From NCBI GenBank assembly GCA_050745365.1, contig JBOGJS010000130.1, positions 4,857 through 68,856 on the forward strand: DNA of 64,000 bases, read 5' to 3'. Under the pieces are notes generated by a model that was not told the DNA's origin, did no database searches, and saw only the letters and a program-made list of their open reading frames with translations. The DNA comes from Terriglobia bacterium (GTDB lineage Bacteria; Acidobacteriota; Terriglobia; UBA7540). A program made the translations under genes and the position numbers. Shown piece by piece: positions 37,869-47,477 of this stretch (position 1 is the stretch's first letter; every line of letters begins with the position of its first letter).

Positions 37869-38549
37869 ATGGCAACGGGATTCCTGGAATGGTTTTCCGG
37901 AACAAAGAAAGAAGAGAGCGGCTTTGGCATCGCGCCCGGCACGGTGACGGACAACTTCAACGTGCTCTCGGAGGGCCGTGTCCAAGTCCACATCCCTGCG
38001 TTCCCGGATTTCGACCCGTGGGCCCGTGTGGTAGGGATAGGCGGCGGACCGGGCCGCGGATTCCTTTGGGTTCCACAAATCAACGATGAGGTGCTGATAG
38101 CCCTCAATCAGAACGACCACCGTGACGCCTACGTGATCGGAGGACTCTGGAGCGCGCTCAATCGGCCTCCTCTGATCAATCCCATTGACTTTCTGACCAA
38201 GCGAATTCTCCAAACCGGCTTGGCAGACAGCCCCGTGGGTCACACCGTCGAGTTCGATGACGCGCTCCAGTCTGTGAAGATCACGACCAGCACCTCGCAA
38301 CAAATTACGCTGGACCCGACCCAGATTCAGATCAGCACATCCGGAGGGTTGCTCAGCGTTACGCTCGATATCGCCGATGCACCTCCAACGATTCAAATCC
38401 AGGCGACGGCGGGGGACATCACGCTCAGCGCGCCCGCCGGCACAATCACACTGGATGCCCTGAACGTTGAAATTCAAAGTGACGTATCGACCGATATTTC
38501 GTCCGATGGAACCGTCAGTGTTGAAGGAACGCTCATTACGCTCAACTGA
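37869..38549 (+). CDS. VgrG/gpV-like spike protein
   Basis: GIAPGTVTDN...GRVQVHIPAF...PWARVV...GRGFLWVPQINDEVLIALNQNDHRDAYVIGGLWS (gp5 OB-fold / baseplate V pattern), then a beta-helix-like tail. Confidence 0.85.
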   Translation: MATGFLEWFSGTKKEESGFGIAPGTVTDNFNVLSEGRVQVHIPAFPDFDPWARVVGIGGGPGRGFLWVPQINDEVLIALNQNDHRDAYVIGGLWSALNRPPLINPIDFLTKRILQTGLADSPVGHTVEFDDALQSVKITTSTSQQITLDPTQIQISTSGGLLSVTLDIADAPPTIQIQATAGDITLSAPAGTITLDALNVEIQSDVSTDISSDGTVSVEGTLITLN

Positions 38550-38564
38550 GGAAGGGGGGAAAAC

Positions 38565-38861
38565 ATGCCTCCAGCCGCGCGACTCGCCGATTTGACAAGT
38601 CACGGAACGCCTTTGGGCCCCGGCCCGGGAAGCCCAACGGTGCTCATCGGTGGAATGCCGGCCTGGCGCGCCACTTCCGACTTTCACGCTTGCCCGCTGG
38701 TCACGGGCGTGGTGCCTCATGTGGGCGGCATTGTCGCAGTAGGAAGCTTGACCGTTTTGATCGATGGCCTTCCGGCGGCCCGAATGGGAGACATGGTGGT
38801 CGAAGCCGGACCACCTAACGCGATCGCGGTGGGATTTCCGACCGTAATGATTGGCGGGTAG
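38565..38861 (+). CDS. PAAR-domain spike tip protein
   Basis: 98 aa; AARLADLTSHG, VLIGGMPAWRA and VLIDGLPAARMGD repeats of the PAAR motif; no extension domain. Confidence 0.9.
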   Translation: MPPAARLADLTSHGTPLGPGPGSPTVLIGGMPAWRATSDFHACPLVTGVVPHVGGIVAVGSLTVLIDGLPAARMGDMVVEAGPPNAIAVGFPTVMIGG

Positions 38862-38872
38862 AAGAACGAACA

Positions 38873-39289
38873 ATGGGAACAACAAATTCAGCAAAGGCTT
38901 TCTTAGGCGTTGGCTGGGCATTCCCTCCCTGCCAAGCAAGCGATGGTTCAACGGCGATGGCAGCTTATGAGGAAGATGTGCGCCAGGCCATCTGGATCAT
39001 TCTGAGCACGGACTGGGGCGAGCGCGTGATGCGGCCGGATTTTGGCGCCGGATTGAGATCGTTCGTGTTTGCTCCGCTCAGCCAAAACACGCTGCAACGG
39101 GTTCAAACCCGAGTGCAAGAGTCGCTTGTGCAATGGGAGCCTCGCATCGACGTTGAGCAAGTGAATGTAACCATTAACCCGGCAAATCAGGGTGAGCTGT
39201 TGATTGCGATTACGTATTCCGTGCGGGTGACGAATACACTCCAGAATCTTGTCTACCCGTTCTATTTGGAGGAAGGCGCAGCTTCGTGA
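38873..39289 (+). CDS. GPW/gp25-family baseplate wedge protein
   Basis: GVGWAFP...EEDVRQAIWIILSTDWGERVMRPDFGAGLRSFVF...WEPRI, the classic gp25 pattern. Confidence 0.9.
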   Translation: MGTTNSAKAFLGVGWAFPPCQASDGSTAMAAYEEDVRQAIWIILSTDWGERVMRPDFGAGLRSFVFAPLSQNTLQRVQTRVQESLVQWEPRIDVEQVNVTINPANQGELLIAITYSVRVTNTLQNLVYPFYLEEGAAS

Positions 39290-42200
39290 TTCCTCAAACC
39301 ACACCACCGGTCGATTCGCGAGATTCAAACGCGGTCTTGACAGAGTTCCAGAGCCGCCGAGCGGGCTATCTTCCGCTTTGGAAACCACCTGCAAAGTCCG
39401 CGGGTGCCGCGATGGGGCCCATTGTCGCCGACTTTATCACGGCGATTCTACAGCGCCTGAACCAGGCTCCCGCGAAAAACAAGCTCGCCTTCCTCGATCT
39501 CCTCGGCCTCCGTGTGGTTCCCGCGCAGCCGGCCCGCGTGCCCGTTGTCTTCACGCTCAGTCAAAATGCTTCGGACGCCTCAGCCCCCGAGGGAACCCAG
39601 GTGGCCGCGCCCCCTCCGCCGGGCAGTTCCCAGCAAATTGTTTTTTCCACAGAACAGGATGCGGCGGTCGCGGCCGCCACGCTCACGGAGGTGGTGAGCC
39701 TGTGGCCGGGCCGGGACCAATACATCAATCACTCCGCGGCGCTTCACGCAGGCCAGCCATTCACTCTGTTTCAGAATCTCCAGTTGCAGCAGACGGACCA
39801 CATCCTCTATCTCGCGCATAGCAAATTTTTGGCATTGGCAGGGACGGCCACTTTAGGTCTGATGTTCGATCTGCCGCAGGGCAGCAGCTCACCGCTGGAA
39901 ATTGCCTGGGAATACTGGGATGGCCAGGTGTGGCGCGGATTCATGTCGAACCAATCTTCCTGTCTGGATCCCGCCGAGCCGGGGTCTGACGGCACGAATG
40001 GGTTATCCACCAGCGGAACGGTTCAGCTCACCGCAGAGGGCACGCAGACTGCACAGACCACCGTCAATGGAGTGCAGTCTTATTGGATCCGCGGGCGATT
40101 GACCCAATCCTTGCTCCCCGAGCCGAACCAATTGCTGCCGGAAGCGGACACGATTCGCCTTTCGACCGAGCTCCGTCAACCTCTGGAACTTAACGTTACT
40201 GCGACGCTTGCGACGGCGGGCTCTACGCAGGTTGTGCTGCTCGATGATTGTGGTCAGGCGCTCAACGGAGCGACATTCACGATAAGCCAGTCGGGTAATG
40301 CGAGCGCCGGCTTTTCAACTGGAACCATGAGCGGATCTAATCCCTCCGGCAATCCAATTCCCATAACTCCGTCCCCAGCGTTACAGCTTCAGGGCGGGAG
40401 CTACCAAATCGCTGTTTCCTTTAAAGGGATCACCGGCACAACGTATGCGCAATACGACCCCTCGTTGGGGAACGTCCTGATCACACTTATGGTCAAGATC
40501 GAGGGTCTCCTGCCGGATAAGGCATACTCCAATGGTAAGACACTGGACACGACGAAGGCATTTTACCCTCTAGGTCAGGTCCCCGCTCCCGGCTCGACAG
40601 TTTACTTCAAGCAAAACGAGCTCTTCAGCAAGCTGGGGGCTAATGTGCAGATCTACGTGGCCCCGGGTGTCCCGCCAGGCAGCGCCAGCTCCTCCGGCTC
40701 GGGATCGGGCACTCCGCTTTCGCACACAATCAACTGGGAGTATTGGAATGGCTTCGAATGGAAGCTTATGCTCCAGTCCCCTATCGCGCCGCCTCCTGCC
40801 GTGCCGAGCGTCCTCGGAGACTTCACTCAGGCGGAGGTGATCACATTCACAGTTCCTCAGGATATGGTCGCAACTACCGTTAACAACGAGCCCGGTTTTT
40901 GGATACGGGCCCGCCTGGCTGCTGGCGGCTACGGCTTGGCCCAAATAATCCAGTTCACAACCACGACGTCGGCTGGAACGAACACTTACTCAATACCCTT
41001 CGTTCAGCCGCAGCCGCCGATTATGGCCGCATTCCAGTTCGGCTATTCCTGGACGCAAGGGCCTTACCCGCTCGAGCAAGTTTTCACTTACAACGATTTT
41101 CAATACGAGGATCACACAAGTGATGCGCTGTGGCCTGGGAACCCGTTCACTCCGTATCAACCGAGCAGCGATGTGACCCCCGCGCTTTATCTCGGATTCA
41201 GCAAACAACTTCCGGTGAATAACTTCGGAATGTATTTCGATATCGTCGAGCAAGCCGGAGTGACAGCCGGGCCTGCCATGGTCTGGGAATACTGGAATGG
41301 CGGCGAGTGGGATGCCGTCGTGGTGGAAGATGAAACTCAGCAACTGGCGCTGCCCGGCATGGTCACCTTCATCCCCGCCGCCGACAGCCAAGCCCTCGCA
41401 CGGTTCGACAATCCGCTTTATTGGATTCGCGGAAGACTAAAAGAGGATGGCACGCCCGATGAGACCACGATCAACAACATCTACACGAATGCAGTGTATG
41501 CGTCCCAGTGGCAGACCTACTCCGATTCACCCTTGGGCACGAGCACGGGAGTCCCGAGCCAGATTTTCCAATTCAACCAGATTCCCGTTCTGCCGGGTGA
41601 AGAGATCGAGGTCGAAGAGCTCAGCGGCGCCCGAGCGAACACAGAGTGGCGAACCCTCGCCATGCAGGTGGTTCCTAACGATCCAAACATCGTCACCGAG
41701 CTGGAGGCTTTGCTCGCGGCAGAAGGGCCGCAAACGGACATCATAATCGGAAACGTGCATTTGGTCCGTGATAACACGAAGAGCGTCACTGAGGTCTGGA
41801 TCCAGTGGCAAGAAGAACAGAACTTCTTTGATGCCGACCCCAATGACCGTGCCTACGTCCTGGATCACGCCATGGGTCGGCTCTTTTTCGGAGATGGGAA
41901 TTCAGGAATGGTTCCGCCGCTGGGAGCGGCAATTCAGGCCACCTCGTTTCGGTCCGGAGGCGGGCTTGCCGGTAACGTGGCCTCGGGAACAATCACTCAA
42001 CTCCTTGGGGTGCTTTCGGGTGTGCAGGGCGTCACGAACCCGCGCGCCGCAGAGGGCGGTGCGGACGGTGAGACACTCGAGCAATACCAGCTTCGCGCAC
42101 CGTCCAATATTCGCAATCGTGGCCGCGCCATCGTGCCCCAGGACTATGAGGCAATGGCGCAGCAAGCATCGGCAGGGGTGGCGGTGGCCCGCGCCATCCC

Positions 42201-42708
42201 GACGCTCGATCCCTCTGGAGTGACGCTTCCTGGCTGGATCACCTTGATGATCATCCCCCAGAGCCAGGACCCGCGACCGACGCCCTCAGCAGGGCTTCGT
42301 CAGGAGGTCCTGAATTATTTGCTCCAGTGCGCGCCGGCCGATGTTGCGGCGGCACAGAGAATTAACGTGGTCGGCCCAACCTATCTGCCGGTGGACGTGA
42401 CTGCCACGCTGGCTCCGATAGATCCAGCCCAAGCTGGCACGGTTGAACAGAACGTGCTGAACGCGCTTGCGGCATTTCTAAATCCGCTCACCGGTGGCCG
42501 CGGCGGCCTTGGCTGGGAGGTGGGGCGTGGGTTGTATGCTTCTGACATCGCCAGCGTTCTCGCGGACGTTCGTGGCGTCGATTACGTGGAGTCGCTTGCC
42601 CTCTATGTAAATGGCGTCCTGCAGGGTGAGCAGGTTCAAGTTCCACCGGGCCAGATTGTAGTTGCAGGCCAATTCACAGTGAGCTTGATTCTGCCGGCCA
42701 CCAGCTAG
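39286..42708 (+). CDS. large baseplate J-like protein (Afp11-like)
   Basis: 1140 aa; GTGA overlap with gp25; C-terminal J-like motifs (RGRAIVPQDYEAMAQQASAGVAVARAIP, GRGLYASDIASVLADVRGVDYV). Confidence 0.8.
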   Translation: MIPQTTPPVDSRDSNAVLTEFQSRRAGYLPLWKPPAKSAGAAMGPIVADFITAILQRLNQAPAKNKLAFLDLLGLRVVPAQPARVPVVFTLSQNASDASAPEGTQVAAPPPPGSSQQIVFSTEQDAAVAAATLTEVVSLWPGRDQYINHSAALHAGQPFTLFQNLQLQQTDHILYLAHSKFLALAGTATLGLMFDLPQGSSSPLEIAWEYWDGQVWRGFMSNQSSCLDPAEPGSDGTNGLSTSGTVQLTAEGTQTAQTTVNGVQSYWIRGRLTQSLLPEPNQLLPEADTIRLSTELRQPLELNVTATLATAGSTQVVLLDDCGQALNGATFTISQSGNASAGFSTGTMSGSNPSGNPIPITPSPALQLQGGSYQIAVSFKGITGTTYAQYDPSLGNVLITLMVKIEGLLPDKAYSNGKTLDTTKAFYPLGQVPAPGSTVYFKQNELFSKLGANVQIYVAPGVPPGSASSSGSGSGTPLSHTINWEYWNGFEWKLMLQSPIAPPPAVPSVLGDFTQAEVITFTVPQDMVATTVNNEPGFWIRARLAAGGYGLAQIIQFTTTTSAGTNTYSIPFVQPQPPIMAAFQFGYSWTQGPYPLEQVFTYNDFQYEDHTSDALWPGNPFTPYQPSSDVTPALYLGFSKQLPVNNFGMYFDIVEQAGVTAGPAMVWEYWNGGEWDAVVVEDETQQLALPGMVTFIPAADSQALARFDNPLYWIRGRLKEDGTPDETTINNIYTNAVYASQWQTYSDSPLGTSTGVPSQIFQFNQIPVLPGEEIEVEELSGARANTEWRTLAMQVVPNDPNIVTELEALLAAEGPQTDIIIGNVHLVRDNTKSVTEVWIQWQEEQNFFDADPNDRAYVLDHAMGRLFFGDGNSGMVPPLGAAIQATSFRSGGGLAGNVASGTITQLLGVLSGVQGVTNPRAAEGGADGETLEQYQLRAPSNIRNRGRAIVPQDYEAMAQQASAGVAVARAIPTLDPSGVTLPGWITLMIIPQSQDPRPTPSAGLRQEVLNYLLQCAPADVAAAQRINVVGPTYLPVDVTATLAPIDPAQAGTVEQNVLNALAAFLNPLTGGRGGLGWEVGRGLYASDIASVLADVRGVDYVESLALYVNGVLQGEQVQVPPGQIVVAGQFTVSLILPATS

Positions 42709-42714
42709 ACCGGA

Positions 42715-43095
42715 ATGCAGCAGCGCTTTGTTCTTGGAGCGAAAACGACAATGCAATGGACGTTCTGGCATCGCAAAACAGAAGCCGACCGGCTACGACG
42801 AACGATGAAGCCGCCGGCGGACAACCACGGAGTACCGGTAAGCCCGTTAGCGCTGAGCGTAAAAGACATGCTTGGACTTCAGCGACTCGTCGGCAACCAA
42901 GCGGTGCTGCGAATTCTGGCAACCGAAATTTCGGCTCGGGCGCCAGATGCAAAGAAGGCCGGAAGACTTGCACAAGGGCTGGGAAGGCTCCGTAACGTTG
43001 TTAGAAGCTGTTTCAAAACCTCGGACCATTTGAGTGGAGTAGCGGCGGGCTCATCCCGCCCAAAATGGCCGCGTAAAGCCGCCTCTACCGCGTGA
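42715..43095 (+). CDS. small ORF carrying only the DUF4157-cargo-type N-terminal leader motif (possibly a truncated cargo gene)
   Basis: GLQRLVGNQAVLRIL (42874-42918) parallels GLQRNLGNQAVLRLL of the 1150-aa DUF4157 protein. The 3' third of the ORF is simply the translation of repeat copy B. The alternative ATG at 42751 has a better SD (GGAGCG). Confidence 0.4.
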   Translation: MQQRFVLGAKTTMQWTFWHRKTEADRLRRTMKPPADNHGVPVSPLALSVKDMLGLQRLVGNQAVLRILATEISARAPDAKKAGRLAQGLGRLRNVVRSCFKTSDHLSGVAAGSSRPKWPRKAASTA

Positions 43096-43128
43096 CTCGA
43101 TGGCGGCTAATGTGTTTTGAAACAGCTT
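43006..43128. repeat. structured repeat, copy B (different terminal inverted repeats, same core)
   Basis: AAGCTGTTTCAAAAC (43006-43020) is the reverse complement of 43114-43128. Core GTAGCGGCGGGCTCATCCCGCCCAAAATGGCCGCGTAAAGCCGCCTCTAC (43039-43088) is homologous to the cores of copies A and C. Confidence 0.8.
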
Positions 43129-43168
43129 GCAGTTAATTGTTGAGCGTGCTGGGCGGAGATGGAGCGAT

Positions 43169-45454
43169 ATGCCGTTGTTACTACCTAATCTGGATGATCG
43201 AACCTGGGCCGATCTGGCTCTAGAAGGCACAGCACTGATCCCCGTATACGGCCCTGAATGGACCGACCAGAACTACTCGGATCCGGGAATCACGCTTGTC
43301 GAGCTGCTGGCCTTTATCACTGAGATGGATATCTACCAGCTCAACCAGATTTCGGACCGCGAACGGCTCAAGTTTCTGGCGTTGGTCGGGGTTGCTCCTA
43401 AGCCTCCACACCCGGCTCATGCGGTGCTGAGCTTTACGCTTGCCAGCGGCACCGGTCCCATAACACTGCCCGCCGGCCTCGAATTCCAGGGCGATGACCC
43501 CTCTGGTGTGGCCACAGGATTTCGAATCCGTCATTCGATCACGCTGGGGCCAGGCAGTCTGGCAGCGATCCAGTTCCAGAATGCCTCAGGCTTTCAGAAT
43601 TTGACTCCGGTTTGGCAGCGCGGTGCGACGATGAGTCCGTTCGGCGCGGCGCCGCAGGTGGACGTGGCGTTTTATCTCGGTTTGACCTCCCCGCTGCCGA
43701 TTGGCGTGCCCGTCCAAGTCTCGTTTACTTTCGCCGACGGCCACTCGGGTTTTGAGGAGCGCCGGAGGCTGCTCGCCCAGGCGGACGAGATGGCGAAGAG
43801 TTGCCGTCCTTTCGCAAACAACCCTTGCGGGGAGAAAAGCTCCGTCCCCGTGGCGCTTGCTCCGCTTGCTCCCGGGACACTGAAACACCATGGCGTTAGA
43901 ACCGTCTGGGAATACCAGGAATCGATAGGTGGAGACCTTCAGTGGATTGCGCTGGACTCGTCAAAGAACGAAGTCATAGATGACACGAGGGCTTTCACTC
44001 TTGACGGCAGCGTGACCTTTTGCGTGCCGGGAACGATGGCTCAGGCAAGCCTCGGCTCCGTTGCCGCGTCCTTCTTTTACTTACGATGCCGAATCGAAGC
44101 AGGGAGCTATGATGCGGCCCCACTGCTGGCGGCTGTAGGGTTAAACGGAATCGGCGCAGAGCAAGCTGTTCCCTCCCAAATGTCATTCACAATTAACCGA
44201 AACGCGACTGTTGTTTATTCACCTGGCGCCCCTCCGCAACCCAACGGTCTCACCACGCTGACTCTGAGACTCGACGCGAGCCGGCGGATTACACAGCTCA
44301 CGTTTGGAGGCGGCTCTTCGACTGATCCCCAATTCCGCATTCTCGACTTTAGAGCGGCTTCAGCGGGATCCGCAGGGGTCCTTTGTCTCGAAGCTGTTTT
44401 TCTGGGCTTTGGCGATGGCCTTCCCAATCAACAGGTCACCCTAGCGGACCCGCCGGTCGAGCCGTCCGGTTTTCGCCTTTATACGCTCGACGACTCCACT
44501 TGGAAATCCTGGGAGCTTCACCAGGACTTCGGCGCCTCCACACGCAAGGATTCGCATGCAGTTCTGGAGGCCACAGCGGGCAAGGTCCGGTTTGGTAACG
44601 GTGAAAAGGGATGTGTGCCCCCAGAAGCATCTGAAATTTTTGCAACATATCACGCTACACGGGCACAGGCCGGCAATGTCGCTGCGGGCATCATCAACCA
44701 GACCGCAGATTCACCCCACAACCGGGCGGCTCTTTACGACCCCACAACCGGCACAGATGGATGGACAAAACTGAAGGGACAACTCAGCTCGGTGATGAAC
44801 CCGCTTGCTGCCTCCGGTGGAGCGGTAGCCGAAACCATCGACCATGCTGCCGGACGCGCGGACCAATTGGTGGAGAGCAGCGGACGAGCGGTCACACTTG
44901 CGGACTATGAGCAACTGGCGGCCGACACCCCGGGGACGCGGGTGGCGCGGGTGACGGCAATCGCAAACATGCATCCGAGCTTTCCATGCTTCCAAGCGCC
45001 GGGCATGATCACCGTGATCGTTCTTCCCTATCTGCCACAGGGCAGCCCCACGCCAACCCCCGGATTGCTGCGCGCGGTGAATGCTTATCTCCGTCCGCGG
45101 CGGGTGATGGGCACTCGCGTCGAAGTTGTCGGCCCGACATATCTCAGCGTTGCGGTTCAGGCCACTATCCAGCCCCAGACCGGCAGTAACAAAACGAATC
45201 TCCAGCAAGTGATTGTAGCGGCGCTCAACACTTTTCTAGATCCGCTGGTAGGCGGCCCGAACGGAAATGGTTGGCCTTTGGGCCGGGACGTTTACCGCTC
45301 CGAAATCATGAGCGTCATGGGCCAGGTGGCAGGTGTTGACTACATTGTTTCGTTGGCCTTGCTCGCGGACGGCGGCGAACCACAGTGCGCAAATGTTTGT
45401 CTGAGTCCAACCTGGCTGGTCGAGGCAGGGGCGCACCAAATCACAGTTCTTTGA
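43169..45454 (+). CDS. second baseplate J-like / putative baseplate assembly protein (Afp12-like)
   Basis: ATG 43169 after GGAGATGGAG. MPLLLPNLDDRTWADL...IPVYGPEWTDQNYSDPGITLVELLAF N-terminus; RAVTLADYEQLAADTPGTRVARV and GRDVYRSEIMSVMGQVAGVDYI J-like motifs. Confidence 0.8.
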   Translation: MPLLLPNLDDRTWADLALEGTALIPVYGPEWTDQNYSDPGITLVELLAFITEMDIYQLNQISDRERLKFLALVGVAPKPPHPAHAVLSFTLASGTGPITLPAGLEFQGDDPSGVATGFRIRHSITLGPGSLAAIQFQNASGFQNLTPVWQRGATMSPFGAAPQVDVAFYLGLTSPLPIGVPVQVSFTFADGHSGFEERRRLLAQADEMAKSCRPFANNPCGEKSSVPVALAPLAPGTLKHHGVRTVWEYQESIGGDLQWIALDSSKNEVIDDTRAFTLDGSVTFCVPGTMAQASLGSVAASFFYLRCRIEAGSYDAAPLLAAVGLNGIGAEQAVPSQMSFTINRNATVVYSPGAPPQPNGLTTLTLRLDASRRITQLTFGGGSSTDPQFRILDFRAASAGSAGVLCLEAVFLGFGDGLPNQQVTLADPPVEPSGFRLYTLDDSTWKSWELHQDFGASTRKDSHAVLEATAGKVRFGNGEKGCVPPEASEIFATYHATRAQAGNVAAGIINQTADSPHNRAALYDPTTGTDGWTKLKGQLSSVMNPLAASGGAVAETIDHAAGRADQLVESSGRAVTLADYEQLAADTPGTRVARVTAIANMHPSFPCFQAPGMITVIVLPYLPQGSPTPTPGLLRAVNAYLRPRRVMGTRVEVVGPTYLSVAVQATIQPQTGSNKTNLQQVIVAALNTFLDPLVGGPNGNGWPLGRDVYRSEIMSVMGQVAGVDYIVSLALLADGGEPQCANVCLSPTWLVEAGAHQITVL

Positions 45455-45461
45455 GGGAAAT

Positions 45462-46466
45462 ATGAGCCCGGCGAAAAAGCGGAAGTTCGAGCGCGTTCAG
45501 TATTGGCAGGGCCAAATGCTCCGTGCGCGAGATTTTCGCGACCTCGAGGCAATGAACGCGCAGCACCGCTGGTGGCACAACCGCGCGCTGCATAATGCCT
45601 ATGGGGTGTCGGAAGGATTAGCGGGTTCGCTTGTTCCCTCACCTTCGCCCACAGCAGTATACGTTTGTCCCGGGGTCGCTTATGACGTGTTCGGCCGGGA
45701 ACTGATTCTGGAAAGGGCGCAAACCATTCCGCTGCCGTCCGATATTCCTCAAGATTTTAGTGGCACAGCCAGCCTGCTCGTCCGCTATAGGGGGGCAGCA
45801 GGCGACTTGCGGCCCGATGAAATCTCTGAGGTCTGCTGGACACAATGCGAGCCTGTGCGGCCCGGGACCATCGAGTTCGTTTGGAAGTTGACAAGCAATC
45901 CCAAGCCTCATGAGGGTGTCGCGATCTTTGGAGTGCCTTACACCGAGGGGAGCCCTGAGCAGCCTACCACCCCTTACGTTCGCATCTGCACGCGCCCACT
46001 AGCTGGGCCGTTGCTCGCCACCGGCTCGACCGCTCCCGGAAATACGCCTTGGGAGCAATGGAACTCTCCGGCCCTTGGCGACGACGGCGTTCCAATCTCC
46101 TTGGGCATCGAGACAACGATTGACACTTCCGCGGCCGGCTTCACGCAAATCCCCTGTTACTTTGCCTGGCTTGGTGGCTCCATCTGGAACCCACAAACAC
46201 TCGAACTTGCTCTCACCTTTTTCCCGAGCATCACTGACGAATCCATCACCAGCTTCAGTTTTTGCCTCTCGTTCTTTGCCGCTGGGGCTTTCATTCCGGA
46301 CGTTACGCCACTCCAGTTTGTCGAAGATCTCGATGATTTCATTCTGTTTGCCCAGCAGCAGGAGCTTTATGTCAGTTGGATTGGGTGCCAGATGCCGGCT
46401 CGTTTGAGGTCGAAGGTAACAACTCCAGCGCCGGGCCAGGCTTCGGTCTCGTCGCAATTTTCCTGA
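45462..46466 (+). CDS. fibre-like paralog F1 (shared N-terminal module, unique C-terminus)
   Basis: FERVQYWQGQMLRARDFRDLEAMNAQHRWWHNRALHNAYGVSEGL...VCPGVAYDVFGRELIL. Confidence 0.6.
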   Translation: MSPAKKRKFERVQYWQGQMLRARDFRDLEAMNAQHRWWHNRALHNAYGVSEGLAGSLVPSPSPTAVYVCPGVAYDVFGRELILERAQTIPLPSDIPQDFSGTASLLVRYRGAAGDLRPDEISEVCWTQCEPVRPGTIEFVWKLTSNPKPHEGVAIFGVPYTEGSPEQPTTPYVRICTRPLAGPLLATGSTAPGNTPWEQWNSPALGDDGVPISLGIETTIDTSAAGFTQIPCYFAWLGGSIWNPQTLELALTFFPSITDESITSFSFCLSFFAAGAFIPDVTPLQFVEDLDDFILFAQQQELYVSWIGCQMPARLRSKVTTPAPGQASVSSQFS

Positions 46467-46479
46467 GCGAGGATTCAAG

Positions 46480-47472
46480 ATGGCGATCATTGGCACAACA
46501 CAGTTCCTGGAGCGAATTCAGTTTTTCAACGGTGAACGGTTAGCCGCTTCCGACCTTCAGGCGCTCGAAGCTTTCAATCGCGAGATGCGATGGCTGCACA
46601 ACCAGAGCCTGCATCAGGCGGGAGTGGGAAGCGGTTTTCAGGTGGTCGGGAATGTGGGCGATCGCCAGGTCACAATTTCTCCCGGCTACGCCATTGATTC
46701 CTGCGGACGCGAAATCATTCTCACAGAAACACAGGTTCTTGCGATTCCACCTGTGGCCGACAACGGTTCGGGAGGTTCGGTATTTTACGATCTCACGGTC
46801 TCGTATCCCGACGACTCCGAATTGACGCCCACCGAAACGCGCGACGGAATCTGCATGCCGGCAGGCGTCGTGCGGCTGCGAGAAGCGCCTGTGTTCTGCT
46901 GGGTCCAGCTTAGCAACGATCCCACCAATCGCCAGCCCGTCGACGCGCGATTGAAACAACGGATCAAGACCGCACGGTTTATTGTTCTGGCGCAAGTGGA
47001 AATTTTCAATTGCCAGTTGAAGCAGGCGGTTTCAACCGTCCAGCGGCGCAACGCGCGGCCCTCGAGTCAGCCTTATATCGCCTGCGGGTTGCAAACGGGA
47101 GGATCCGCATGGACGCCGTCCACGATTCCCTCGGGAGCCTTACCGAACCCTACCGAGCCCGTGCCGCAGTTTGGCGCGATCATGTACACACTGCCGATTG
47201 ACACATCATCCGGCGGGTTCCAGGCAACTCCCTTTTACGTGGCACGCATTGTTGGCCCAAGGGAATACGTTGACGCTACCAGCGGAGCGCTGATTGTAGC
47301 GGACGCGCTGATCAACATCGCCTCAAGCTCAACGCCAACGCCTCCTACTCCGCAGAATTTCACGATCCAAATCTTCCCCGTATGGTCAGCGGCTGTGGCG
47401 GCTCCGACCTATCAAGATCTCACAAACGTCATCAATGGGTGGAACGTTGGCTGGATGGGAATTGAGAGTTGA
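46480..47472 (+). CDS. fibre-like paralog F2
   Basis: LERIQFFNGERLAASDLQALEAFNREMRWLHNQSLHQAGVGSGF...ISPGYAIDSCGREIIL. Confidence 0.6.
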   Translation: MAIIGTTQFLERIQFFNGERLAASDLQALEAFNREMRWLHNQSLHQAGVGSGFQVVGNVGDRQVTISPGYAIDSCGREIILTETQVLAIPPVADNGSGGSVFYDLTVSYPDDSELTPTETRDGICMPAGVVRLREAPVFCWVQLSNDPTNRQPVDARLKQRIKTARFIVLAQVEIFNCQLKQAVSTVQRRNARPSSQPYIACGLQTGGSAWTPSTIPSGALPNPTEPVPQFGAIMYTLPIDTSSGGFQATPFYVARIVGPREYVDATSGALIVADALINIASSSTPTPPTPQNFTIQIFPVWSAAVAAPTYQDLTNVINGWNVGWMGIES

Positions 47473-47477
47473 GAGAC

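Noticed and set aside
37683-38951. 422-aa minus-strand ORF antisense to the spike, PAAR and gp25 genes
   Set aside because: It is entirely embedded opposite genes with strong family signatures. It is Arg/Gly/His-rich with no motif, which is typical of a shadow ORF in GC-rich DNA.
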